In this document: positions 54,284-63,938 of the stretch, piece by piece | Numbering within the stretch: the first letter of the stretch is position 1 | Layout: each line of letters opens with the position of its first letter | Source: Candidatus Latescibacterota bacterium | Lineage (GTDB): Bacteria; Latescibacterota; UBA2968; UBA8231 | Assembly (NCBI GenBank): GCA_965223905.1 | Contig: CBDCXV010000001.1 | Coordinates: forward strand, 1,472,001-1,536,000 | DNA: 64,000 nucleotides | Direction: 5' to 3' | Made by a program: the position numbers and the translations under genes | Notes under the pieces: generated by a model | What the model was told of the DNA's origin: nothing | What the model saw: the letters and a program-made list of their open reading frames with translations, nothing else | Databases searched by the model: none

Positions 54284-56668
54284 CTGATCCGACCAACGTT
54301 TTCCCACGCATGGACCGCCTTCGTCGGTCCGTTTCTCCTGGCGTCTCTCGCAATCGTGCGGCACGCGGGCGCCCTGGTCATCGTCGATGACGGCAAGCCG
54401 CGGGCGGTCATCGTCACGGCGGCGCAACCGAGCGCCTCTGCTACCCGGGCGGCGGACGAGCTGCGGCATTTCATCGCGCTGATGTCGGGCGCCGAGCTGC
54501 CGCTGTACGCCGGGGCCGAAGACGTGCCCCGGCGCGAAAGAGGCCGCCCTCGCCTGCTCGTCGGACACTCCGACGCCGTGCGGCAACTCGGCGTCGCACC
54601 ACCGGCCGGACAGGACCTCGACGCCACCCGCGAGGGCTTTCTGCTGCGGACGATCGGCAGTGACGTCGTCATCGCCGGCAACGAGGAGGCGTTCTACCGC
54701 GGCACGGAGTACGCCGTCTACGAGCTGTTGGAACGCCTCGGATGTCGATGGTATTTCCCCGGAGAGTTCGGTCAGGTCGTCCCGCGCCAGGGAACGATCT
54801 CGATCCCTGACCTCGATCTGCAACAGGCTCCCTCCTTCGTCGTCCGCAATATCTGGATGTCCGGGTGGGCCGACGAGACCGGGGACCACGGAGACTGGCT
54901 CATCCGCAACAAGGGCACTATGGCCCTCCCCTTCGCCTTCGCCGGCGACGGCTCCATCGGCCGCCTTGCGCCCCCGGAGATCTACGAGGAGGTGCACCCC
55001 GAGATCTACGCCATGGGCAGGGACGGGCGCCGTCATTCCCGGGGCCCGAACGGCGAGCTCCACTTGACCATGCTGTGCGTCACGAACCCGCTGACCGTCG
55101 AAATCGCCGCGCGGACCATCCTGGATTACTTCCGCGACCATCCCGGCGCGAACAGCTACGGGTTCTCGGCCCCGGACTGGTCGCCCCGCTGCTACTGCGA
55201 CCTCTGCGTTGCCGCCGATCACGCCTTCGCCCTCGACAGCGGTCTCCAGGATTCGATCTCCGACGCCTATTTCAACTTCGTCAACAACGTGGCTCACGAA
55301 GTCACGGCGGACTACCCGGACCGCTACATCGTCATCCTCGCCTACGACAACCGCGTGCGCCCGCCAGAGGGGCTGGACAAGCCCTGGAACCGCAACATCA
55401 TCGTGCAACTGGCCCGGCTCGGAATCAGCGCCCTGCGTCCTATCGTCGAACCAGGCGATCTGTACGCGCGCCGCCGCAAGCGGACGATCGAGGCCTGGGC
55501 CCGTATCGGCCCGAAGCTGATCATCTACGACTACGATCCCCACGGCTCGCTGAACCGCATGCCGTTCTGGAACGTCCATTCCATTCGCGAAAACCTGCCC
55601 TTCTACCACCGGCACGGCGTCGTCGGTTTCACCACCGAAGGGCACAATACCTTCCTGCGCACGGGGCTCAACTACTACATCCGCACCCGTCTGATGTGGG
55701 ACGTGGAGGCGGATGTCGACGCCCTTCTCGACGATTTCCACGCGCGCTTTTTCGGGCCTGCCGCACCGCCGATGAGGCAGTTCTTCGAAGAGATCGAGGG
55801 CATGCTGGCCGCCTCGCCCGAGCACATGACCTGGCATTCGCGTCTGGGGAACTGGACCCGCATCTACCCGCCTGACAAGACTCGGGCGCTTGGCCGTCAC
55901 CTCGACCGCGCCACCGGTCTGGCCGACACCCCCCGGCGCCAGAGACGCGTCGCCGCCTGCCGGGCCCTGCACGAGTACATGGTGACCTACCACGAGATGG
56001 TGATTCTGCTGCAGGAAGGCCGCTACGGCGATGCCATGGCCAGGCTGGAAGCCCTGAACCTTCCCGTCGAGGCGGCCCGGAGCATTCAGCCGGGCTTGCT
56101 GCCTCCGGACCCGGACTGGGTCCTCGACGACGACAGGGGGCTGAACAGCTGGCGTCTCTACATCGACGCCTTCGCCCAGCGCGACGGCGGCGCGCTCGGG
56201 CGCAAAATCCTCCTCGGACCGGCAACCGCGCAGTTCCGTACTGATGTCCATGACGAGGGCCTGTTCGAGCAATGGCATCTGGACGCGGTGGCCACCCGGC
56301 TGGGTTGGGACCGGATCCCGGTGACCCGCGACTGGACCCAGAGCGGCTACCGCGACGCCGAGGGGTACGCCTATTCAGGTCTGGGGTGGTACCGTTTCGC
56401 CATGGCCGTCCCCCAACTGCCGCAAGGTGCCGTGGCGCAGTTGTACATACCCCTGGTGTACGCCGGCAAGTTATGGGTCTGGGCCAACGGCCACCTGGTC
56501 CATTCACCGACGGACGAACTGCACAGATTCGGCACCGACATCGATGTCTCGCGCTGGCTGGAGCCCGGCCAGGAGAACAGCTTCACGTTCCGAATGGTCG
56601 GCACCTGGGACCGCGCTCAGCGCCACGGCCTGGCGGACAGGTGGTTGCTCTGGTCGCCCCATCGATGA
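54284..56668 (+). CDS. DUF4838-domain exported protein (GH20/GH67-like N-domain, C-terminal galactose-binding-like domain)
   Basis: AADELRHFI..MSG, GTEYAVYELLERLGCRWY, HPEIYA, LCVTNP, LAY, LMWD..D..LLDDF..FFGPAA, YSGLGWY; start inferred at CTG behind AAGGAGGT. Confidence 0.8.
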   Translation: MIRPTFSHAWTAFVGPFLLASLAIVRHAGALVIVDDGKPRAVIVTAAQPSASATRAADELRHFIALMSGAELPLYAGAEDVPRRERGRPRLLVGHSDAVRQLGVAPPAGQDLDATREGFLLRTIGSDVVIAGNEEAFYRGTEYAVYELLERLGCRWYFPGEFGQVVPRQGTISIPDLDLQQAPSFVVRNIWMSGWADETGDHGDWLIRNKGTMALPFAFAGDGSIGRLAPPEIYEEVHPEIYAMGRDGRRHSRGPNGELHLTMLCVTNPLTVEIAARTILDYFRDHPGANSYGFSAPDWSPRCYCDLCVAADHAFALDSGLQDSISDAYFNFVNNVAHEVTADYPDRYIVILAYDNRVRPPEGLDKPWNRNIIVQLARLGISALRPIVEPGDLYARRRKRTIEAWARIGPKLIIYDYDPHGSLNRMPFWNVHSIRENLPFYHRHGVVGFTTEGHNTFLRTGLNYYIRTRLMWDVEADVDALLDDFHARFFGPAAPPMRQFFEEIEGMLAASPEHMTWHSRLGNWTRIYPPDKTRALGRHLDRATGLADTPRRQRRVAACRALHEYMVTYHEMVILLQEGRYGDAMARLEALNLPVEAARSIQPGLLPPDPDWVLDDDRGLNSWRLYIDAFAQRDGGALGRKILLGPATAQFRTDVHDEGLFEQWHLDAVATRLGWDRIPVTRDWTQSGYRDAEGYAYSGLGWYRFAMAVPQLPQGAVAQLYIPLVYAGKLWVWANGHLVHSPTDELHRFGTDIDVSRWLEPGQENSFTFRMVGTWDRAQRHGLADRWLLWSPHR

Positions 56669-57987
56669 TGGTTCGAACCCCTCGCGACTCTGGAAGGTGG
56701 CTCTTGCGGCGCCTCCGGACAGGGCCGGGCATTCTCATCGCCGCCCTGGCGGCGGCGGGGACCATCCTGTTCGAACCCGTGGCATCGCCGGCCGAAGAGG
56801 TCAGAAGGCTGCCGGTCGACGAGTATGTGAGCCGGATGAAGGCGGGCTGGATCGGCCAGATGGTCGGAGTGGGCTGGGGCGCTCCGGCCGAGTGGACCTC
56901 CCTGGGGGCGATCATCCCGCCGGAGAAGGTACCGCCCTGGGAGCCAAGGCTGGTCAACCAGTTCGGCCAGGACGATCTCTATGTCGAGATGACTTTCCTC
57001 CGAACCCTGGAGCTGTTCGGGCTGGGAGTGTCGGCGCGCCAGGCCGGAATCGACTTCGCCAACAGCGAGTACGAGCTGTGGCACGCGAACAAGTCCGGCC
57101 GGCGCAACCTGCGCAACGGAATCTCGCCCCCCGATTCGGGACATCCCCGGTTCACCGCGCACTCAGACGACATCGACTACCAGATCGAGGCGGACTTCGC
57201 CGGGCTCATCGCCCCTGGAATGCCGAACAGGGTGATCGAGCTGGGCGAAAAGTTCGGCCGCCTGATGAACCATGGCGACGGCTTGTACGGCGGTCAGTTC
57301 GTCGCTGGCATGTACGCGGAGGCCTTCTTCGAGGACGACATCGTCGCCATAATCCAGGCCGGGCTGAGCTGCATTCCGCGGCGCAGCCAGTACGCCGGGA
57401 TGGTCCGCGACGTGCTTGAATGGTACGCCGAAGAACCTGACCATTGGACCGCGACCTGGGAGCTGGTCGAGGCGAAGTACCACAAGGATGAAAACTACAC
57501 CCACGCCGCCTGCAGCATGCCGGGCGCCGAGGGGGATTTCAGCATCGACGCCAAGCTCAACGGCGCCTACATACTCATCGGCCTGCTCTACGGTGAAAAG
57601 GACCCGGATCGCACCATGACGCTGGCGCTCCGCTGCGGGCAGGATTCGGACTGTAATCCATCCAACGCCGGGGGCATCCTGTTCACCACGATGGGGTACG
57701 AGAATCTGCCGGAGCGCTTCACGTCAGCTCTCGATCTCGACACCAGGTTCAGCCACACCCCCTACGACTTCCCCAAACTGATCGAGGTGTCCCAAGCGCT
57801 GGCCAGACAGTCGGTGGAACGCAGCGGCGGCCGCATCGAGGCCGCCGCGGACGGTCGCGAAGTGTTCGTCATCCCCGTGGCCCCGGCCGCGCCCAGCGCC
57901 CTCGAGCAATCGTGGAAACCCGGTCCCCCCGCCAACAGCAGATACACCGGGGAAGAGCTCGCCAGAATCACCGTGATCGAGGAATAG
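56665..57987 (+). CDS. ADP-ribosylglycohydrolase-fold protein with an N-terminal signal/TM segment
   Basis: GWIGQMVGV.WG.P.E, QDDLYVE, DIDYQIEAD, GQDSDCNPSN; ATGA overlap with the upstream stop. Confidence 0.82.
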   Translation: MMVRTPRDSGRWLLRRLRTGPGILIAALAAAGTILFEPVASPAEEVRRLPVDEYVSRMKAGWIGQMVGVGWGAPAEWTSLGAIIPPEKVPPWEPRLVNQFGQDDLYVEMTFLRTLELFGLGVSARQAGIDFANSEYELWHANKSGRRNLRNGISPPDSGHPRFTAHSDDIDYQIEADFAGLIAPGMPNRVIELGEKFGRLMNHGDGLYGGQFVAGMYAEAFFEDDIVAIIQAGLSCIPRRSQYAGMVRDVLEWYAEEPDHWTATWELVEAKYHKDENYTHAACSMPGAEGDFSIDAKLNGAYILIGLLYGEKDPDRTMTLALRCGQDSDCNPSNAGGILFTTMGYENLPERFTSALDLDTRFSHTPYDFPKLIEVSQALARQSVERSGGRIEAAADGREVFVIPVAPAAPSALEQSWKPGPPANSRYTGEELARITVIEE

Positions 57988-58245
57988 CGATCGGAGCCGG
58001 GGAGGATCATGGGGCGGACCGCGGCCTGGTGCGCACCCCTCGAACCTGCGCCCGACTCCCGTTGACCGTCCACCGGTGAACGGGTTCTGACGGGGGCCGG
58101 TCCCGAACCGGGACCCGGGCACCGCTTGTGCCGCGGAATGGCGTCAGGTATTTTGCCCGAAAACGCCGGAATTCGTACGGATCACGCGCTGAACCGCGGT
58201 CCCCGGCTGGCTTTCAACAATCTTGCTACGATACGGAGAGACGGG

Positions 58246-58923
58246 ATGGAGACGGTCGGCGAACTATGGGCCTCGATGGCGATCACGGGCAAGGCGGTGG
58301 TCGTCGTCCTTGCCGCCCTGTCGGTCTACTCGTACGCCGTGATGGTCGATCGCTATCTGACCTTGCGGACCCACCGCAGGCATGCGAACGCTTTCGCCGA
58401 AAGCGTGCAGAGCATCAGGGACCCCGACCAGATTCTCGGCACCGCCGGCGCCAGCGCCGAGGAGGGCAGGAACGCCCTCGCATCGGTAGTCGAAGCGGGC
58501 TTGCAGCATTACAGGTTGCTGCTCGAGGACAGACAGCCGGAGTCCGTCATTGTCGAGGGGGTCGATGAGGCGGTCAGCCGCGAACTCGACGTGGCGGTCA
58601 TCAACCTGCGGTTTCGGCTCAGCGGCATGGCGACCATCTCGGGAGTGGCACCCTTCCTGGGTCTGTTCGGGACCGTTACCGGTCTGATCTCCGCATTCTC
58701 GGCCATCGCGGAGACCGGTTCCGGGGGTCTGGCGAGCGTTTCCGGCGGCATCTCCGAGGCCCTCGTAACCACCGTTATCGGTCTCTTCGTGGCCGTACCC
58801 GCCCTCTGGGCCTACAACTACTTCATGAACAAGATCGAAGTGATGACCGTCGAGTTGGACAACGCCGCGACACTCATCGTCGGCGGGGCCGTTCGCCACG
58901 CCCTGCGTCCCGACGGGGCCTGA
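58246..58923 (+). CDS. exbB: MotA/TolQ/ExbB proton-channel protein
   Basis: ATISGVAPFLGLFGTV.GLI.AF, GISEALVTT..GL.VAVPA. Confidence 0.9.
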   Translation: METVGELWASMAITGKAVVVVLAALSVYSYAVMVDRYLTLRTHRRHANAFAESVQSIRDPDQILGTAGASAEEGRNALASVVEAGLQHYRLLLEDRQPESVIVEGVDEAVSRELDVAVINLRFRLSGMATISGVAPFLGLFGTVTGLISAFSAIAETGSGGLASVSGGISEALVTTVIGLFVAVPALWAYNYFMNKIEVMTVELDNAATLIVGGAVRHALRPDGA

Positions 58924-58936
58924 CTCGAGAGGTGCC

Positions 58937-59371
58937 ATGCCCCGCCGCTACCGCCATCGCCGTCGCGTTGCCGGACACGCCAAGCGCCAGAACCCGATGC
59001 CGGACATCACGCCGGTCGTCAACGTGGCACTCGTGCTGCTGGTCATTTTCATCATTGTAATGCCGATCATTCGCGAGGGGATCGAGGTCGCCACGCCCAG
59101 GGCCGACCACGCCGACCGGATGAAGGACGCCGCCGAGCAGTTGGTGGTGCTTTCGATCACCGAGCAGGGTGCTCTCTACGTCAATCTGACACCGGTCGAA
59201 AGGAGCCAGCTCAAGGATCAGCTGGCGCTGGCCTACCGGGGTCAGGAGGGCAATCCGATCATCATCAAGGGAGCCCACAACCTGCCGTATCAGGAGATTC
59301 TCGAGTTGATGGAAACGTGCCAGCGGATCGGGGCGCCCGCCGTCGACCTGCTCGCCAGGAAGGGACGTTAG
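58937..59371 (+). CDS. exbD: ExbD/TolR family protein
   Basis: DITPVVNVALVLLVIFII TM segment (Asn where the family has a conserved Asp); periplasmic IIKG..LPY..I..LM. Confidence 0.85.
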   Translation: MPRRYRHRRRVAGHAKRQNPMPDITPVVNVALVLLVIFIIVMPIIREGIEVATPRADHADRMKDAAEQLVVLSITEQGALYVNLTPVERSQLKDQLALAYRGQEGNPIIIKGAHNLPYQEILELMETCQRIGAPAVDLLARKGR

Positions 59372-59772
59372 TGGCACGCAAGCGCCGCTCTCTGGGCCAG
59401 CTGAACTCGAGCATCAACGTCACCCCCATGGGGGACGTGGCGCTCTGCCTGCTTCTCGGTTTCCTGGTCATTACTCCGATAATCATCGAATCCCTCGTCG
59501 CCAATCTACCCCGGGCCGGCGTCGCTTCCGGTCAGCTTACGCGCGATCCCGTAGTCGTGGTGACGGCCACGGGCCAGATCCTGATCGACGACCGGGAGGT
59601 GGCTTTCGAGGATCTGCCGAAGAAGATCGCCGAGCTGTTTCCTCCCGAGATGGCGCTGGCAGCCGAGCGCAAGGTGATGTTCAGCGCTTCGGGAGAACTC
59701 GAGTACCAGGAGGTGATCCGGGTGCTCGATACCCTGCGCGCCCACGGCGTGGAGACATTCGGGATCCGCTAG
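59371..59772 (+). CDS. exbD: ExbD/TolR family protein
   Basis: INVTPMGDVALCLLLGFLV with the conserved TM Asp; Y..V..VLD.LR..G; TAGTG overlap. Confidence 0.85.
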   Translation: MARKRRSLGQLNSSINVTPMGDVALCLLLGFLVITPIIIESLVANLPRAGVASGQLTRDPVVVVTATGQILIDDREVAFEDLPKKIAELFPPEMALAAERKVMFSASGELEYQEVIRVLDTLRAHGVETFGIR

Positions 59773-59959
59773 TTTCCGGTCGCAGGAAATTCATTGCATT
59801 CTTCCGGCGCCGATCCATCCCGTCCCGCGGCGTTGCCTTCGCTCTGGTACTCCCCCGGCAGGACTCGCTCAGGCGCCTTGCGAGCCGGGCGCCCAGGCGG
59901 CCGAATTTCGTCAATCCCTTTCCGAGACAGGACACTGTATTTCAAGCAAGAGAAAGCCC

Positions 59960-61174
59960 ATGAAAATCACCCATGCCGAAGTTGTCCCCATATATCCGCG
60001 GCTGGCCGAGCGCTACCGCGATCGCAAAGTCGATCTCTACGGCATTGACCACCGACTCGTCTACAAGGTGCATACGGACAATGGACTGGTGGGTTACGGC
60101 GACGTGCGCACGCGACCCGGACGAATCCATTCCAATGCCGACCTGGAACGGTTGATCGGTCGCGATCCGTGTGATTTCATCAACAATCCCAAAACGGACG
60201 ATCTCGGCGGGGCGTTCTACGATGTGGTAGGCAAGCATCTCGAGGCGCCTGCCTACAAACTGATGGGGGGACAGAAGCTGCGGGAGGCGGTCAAGGTGGC
60301 GGCGTGGACGCGACCCGCGTCGCCGGAGCAGTTCCGGGACGAAGTGGGGCGAGCGGCGAACGAAGGCTATATGGTCTTCAAGATGCATTCCAGCAGCTAC
60401 CATGACGTCATCGAGCAGACGCGCCTGGCCGAAGAGGTGGCGCCGGCCGGTTTCAAGATTCACTGGGACTTCAACGCCCACCGCACCCTGGCAGCCGTGC
60501 TTCCCCTGGTAAAGCAGCTGGAGCGGGACCATCCGATCGTCGGGTTCATCGAAGATCCCATGGAGCGCACCGACCTCGACGGCTGGCGACGGCTGCGGGA
60601 GCAGACCAGCATCCCCCTTGTCATGCACGTTCCACGCCTGGGCGGCGGCCAGGAGATGCTCGACGGAACGGCGGACATCTACATGATCGAGTCGGGAGGC
60701 CGCGGATTGGCCAGCGGCCTGGCATACAGCAGGCTCAACATCCAGACCATTATCCAGCACGAAGCCGGAACCCTCGGAAAGGCGATGGCGCTGCACCTGG
60801 CTGCCGTTTTGCCAACGGCTACCGGACACACCATCAACCTGGACGATCAGTATGAGGAAGATTACACCACCGGGCGCATTCCCGTAATCGAGGGATTCTC
60901 GCCGGTGCCCGAAGGTCCTGGCCTCGGTTTCGAGGTAGACGAAGGGGAGATAGCGCGCCTGGCGGCGAACAGGCCGATTGAAAGGCCCCGGTTCATCGGC
61001 GTCCTGCACATGCCGGGCGGTCACACGTTCTACGGTCCGGGGCGCATAGCGCCATACGGAGAAGAGGGCACCGTCCGCGGCTTCAGGTCGGAAATCTGGG
61101 AAGAGGACGGCTCGTCCGAGTTCGAGCAGACCTACGAGCGTGTGCAGAAGGAAGGGCGGATTCTGGCCGAGTGA
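59960..61174 (+). CDS. Enolase-superfamily (mandelate racemase/muconate lactonizing-like) enzyme
   Basis: VHTDNGLVGYG, YD..GK...PAYKLMG, KMH, WDFN, IEDP, VPEGPGLGFEVD. Confidence 0.85.
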   Translation: MKITHAEVVPIYPRLAERYRDRKVDLYGIDHRLVYKVHTDNGLVGYGDVRTRPGRIHSNADLERLIGRDPCDFINNPKTDDLGGAFYDVVGKHLEAPAYKLMGGQKLREAVKVAAWTRPASPEQFRDEVGRAANEGYMVFKMHSSSYHDVIEQTRLAEEVAPAGFKIHWDFNAHRTLAAVLPLVKQLERDHPIVGFIEDPMERTDLDGWRRLREQTSIPLVMHVPRLGGGQEMLDGTADIYMIESGGRGLASGLAYSRLNIQTIIQHEAGTLGKAMALHLAAVLPTATGHTINLDDQYEEDYTTGRIPVIEGFSPVPEGPGLGFEVDEGEIARLAANRPIERPRFIGVLHMPGGHTFYGPGRIAPYGEEGTVRGFRSEIWEEDGSSEFEQTYERVQKEGRILAE

Positions 61175-61228
61175 GAATCGCCTTGGCGCCGCCGCATTTC
61201 CGGGCGGCACCGTATCCCAAACTCAGGG

Positions 61229-63169
61229 TCACCGGCTTCCGACCTGGCCATCGATACCCGAGCCCCACGGCAGCGCGTATGTGGGCCGGTTCGCGAACCG
61301 GCGCAGGCCGCACAGCATCCGCAGGCTGGTCGACGGCGGCAGGATGACCTTGAGATGGGACCCTTCCACGCTGATGGAGTGCCTCTTCCAGGAACGTTTG
61401 TTGCGCAGCCAGATGCCGGCGTGGCGCTCCAGGCCCTCGCGGTCCTCTTCCTCATAGGTCGCCGCGGTGAAATGGTGCTCGCCAAAGGCCCCCGCCTGAA
61501 CGATCAGAGTCCGCGTTCGCGAGGCGCTCAGGTTCACCAACTCGATACCGACGCGATCGGCCCCGATTTCGTCCACCAGCGCCGCCACATCCTGAGGCAG
61601 CCCCGGGCGGCGGCGCTCGTGGTCGAAATAGCGCACCAGTCCCCGCAGCAGACCGCCGTTGTAGACCGGTTGCGGCGAGCCCATCGTAACCTGGGTGAGA
61701 CCCTTGACGACCACCGGGTTGGGCGGCCATCTGCTCTCTTCGATGATGGTGGCTTCGTCGCGCCCGTCCAGGCGCATATTCTCGAACATGGCGGAGACGA
61801 AGCGGTACTCCGCTTGCAGCCGTTTGACCGGCCAGTCGGGGTTGGCGCCCTCGTAGTACTGGAAGCGAGCCTCGAGGTTGCCGCTGCTGCGATCGGCGGC
61901 ACTCTCAACCTCGTTCCAGTCACTATCCCGCTCCCCGTCGCGCAGCCGCAGGATCATCTCGCGGTCGCGAGGGTCCATGGAGGTGTGGTAGAGCCTGCCA
62001 AGCCACTGCAGATCCATCGCTTTGTAGTCCACCCAACCTTCCCCCGGCATCACCCGGGCAGGCACGAGCAGCTGGCCGTCCTGGCGCCTCTTCGCCATGC
62101 GCAGCAAAAGCTCGATTTGAGACCGGATCAGCTCCAGATAGCCAAAATCACCCGTCAGCAGCACGCAGCATTCGGAAGCGATGGTCGCGGCGAGAAAGGC
62201 GTTGCGCGCCGAGTTGCGGCTGTTCCAGCCGTACCAGCCGCCCCACCATTGGCCGCCGCGGCGTTCGCCGACGATGCCCGACGGTCCGACGTTGTCGGGG
62301 ATGATGCCGTTGTTGGCGCGGGTGTGTTCCAGCCATGCCTCGGTGTAGTCGAGCACCCACTGCCGATAGCGCTCATCAGCAGTGTAGAGGTAGGCATTCG
62401 TCATCAACGCCGTGCAGGCCAGGTTGTCGGGGATGTCCGCCCGCAGGACTACTTCGTCGAAGAGACGGCAGATCTCCTCGCGCCGGCTGTCCTCCTCGAA
62501 CCAATCGTCCTCCAGGTCCGGCACCAGCGGATGGAGGTTCGACCTCTGGGCGTGACCGCGGGCGACGCCCCCGGGGTAGTAGGCCGGGTCCAGGGCGCGC
62601 TTGACGAATTCGGGCTCGGCGTGGAATTGGGGCCCCATGCTGCCGTGAAACGGGGACCGGATCACTCTGTGTTCGACGTCGTAGTTGGGCACTTCCGGAT
62701 CGTCTCCCAGGTACAGGTCGGCAAACCGCCGGGCGCGATCGACGTTTTCGCCACGCGCCGGGTCGACGAGCCCCAGGGAGTAGAAGGACTGGTTGCCCTC
62801 GCCCATGTGGAACCAGTCGCTCTGCTTGAAATATTCATCATGCAGCTCGGCCAGGTATTTCGGGTGTGCGCCCGCTCCGTGCGGAGCGGTGGCTCCATCG
62901 TCGTAGAGGCGTGTGATGCCGTTCCACTGGGCGAGGGCAAGCTTCCCAATGCGGTCGCTGCCGCCGAGTGCATAGAACAGTCCCCGGTAGGAATGGGCTT
63001 CGTAGGCGTCGTCCGCGTCCTGTACGTTCAGAGGGGTGCCGTCCGGCCTGTCGTACTTCCGCGCCGCGTACTCCGTAGCCTCCCCCATGAAATCGATCAA
63101 TTGACGTTGAATCAGCGCCCAGGAGGGGAGGGGATGCAGGTTGCGCGCCAACACAGCAGGGCCGGTCAT
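61229..63169 (-). CDS. Conserved hypothetical cytoplasmic protein (possible alpha/alpha-toroid fold)
   Basis: 646-aa ORF with realistic composition: DDAYE, DWFHMGEG, IPDNVG..G, WWGGWYGW, RRPGLPQDVAALV, QAGAFGEH. Confidence 0.75.
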   Translation of the reverse strand: MTGPAVLARNLHPLPSWALIQRQLIDFMGEATEYAARKYDRPDGTPLNVQDADDAYEAHSYRGLFYALGGSDRIGKLALAQWNGITRLYDDGATAPHGAGAHPKYLAELHDEYFKQSDWFHMGEGNQSFYSLGLVDPARGENVDRARRFADLYLGDDPEVPNYDVEHRVIRSPFHGSMGPQFHAEPEFVKRALDPAYYPGGVARGHAQRSNLHPLVPDLEDDWFEEDSRREEICRLFDEVVLRADIPDNLACTALMTNAYLYTADERYRQWVLDYTEAWLEHTRANNGIIPDNVGPSGIVGERRGGQWWGGWYGWNSRNSARNAFLAATIASECCVLLTGDFGYLELIRSQIELLLRMAKRRQDGQLLVPARVMPGEGWVDYKAMDLQWLGRLYHTSMDPRDREMILRLRDGERDSDWNEVESAADRSSGNLEARFQYYEGANPDWPVKRLQAEYRFVSAMFENMRLDGRDEATIIEESRWPPNPVVVKGLTQVTMGSPQPVYNGGLLRGLVRYFDHERRRPGLPQDVAALVDEIGADRVGIELVNLSASRTRTLIVQAGAFGEHHFTAATYEEEDREGLERHAGIWLRNKRSWKRHSISVEGSHLKVILPPSTSLRMLCGLRRFANRPTYALPWGSGIDGQVGSR

Positions 63170-63488
63170 TGCTGTTCCACCGTCATCGAGCGCTCCGGTT
63201 CGCAGACCGACAAGAGCTGCGAAACCCGACTACTGTCGTTGAAAATGTCTGGCCGCCGGTGGGGGTGCCTCCCGGTTTGCAACTCTTCCGGCGCGTCCGC
63301 GTGAGGCTGGCCGGAGGTTGGAGTGTCCGACGCCGACGTTGGCGTCGATCGGGACCGTTTGAAACTGATTTCCCCGGTCAATTGCACTTCCCGCAGTTTT
63401 GACCGCCCTGATGCGGTTGTCGGTGTGTCGGTGATCCGGGGAGGCGGACTGAGCGACGGAACCGGTGTAGCGCCCGCGCCTGAAACAG

Positions 63489-63521
63489 CGCATTGCGCAT
63501 CGCCGCATTGCGCATCGCCGC
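63489..63521. repeat. 15-bp tandem repeat (2.2 copies)
   Basis: CGCATTGCGCATCGC twice, then CGC. Confidence 0.7.
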
Positions 63522-63938
63522 GGGCTGTTCCAGATTGTTCGGCCTTCACCAGCCGGAAACCCCGGTCCCGGGACAGGCCTCGCCGTGCCACCAACCCCAT
63601 CCGTCAACAACGATGTCGATTTTCTTGGAACCCTTCGTGGTTGTCGACCGCATCAATAGCAGGGGTCACAGCGCCGTCGACGTCCACGGCTTTTCGCCAA
63701 TAGCGCGCAGGATCGGCGGGGGCATTCCGCTCCGCCGGTGCGGAAATAACATAGCGGTGAGGGGACAGCAGGTCGATCAGTTCAAGCCGCTCGCCCGGTG
63801 CGGCCATCAGGCGGGCGTGCAGCAAGCCGGGGTTCACCAGGCGGTGAAAATGCCCCCTGGAAAGCCAGGCTCCCCCGTGCCGTCGACGGTCGAGATCGTC
63901 CCGTCCGGGGTCAAAGTGGTCCGAAAAAACGCTTCGGT

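Noticed and set aside
58055-58120. GC-rich hairpins after the ADP-ribosylglycohydrolase gene
   Set aside because: No U tract, and such stems arise easily at this GC content.
63166-63837. Minus-strand ORFs 63166-63600 and 63604-63837
   Set aside because: No RBS or recognisable motifs, and one spans the tandem repeat. Not supported as genes.
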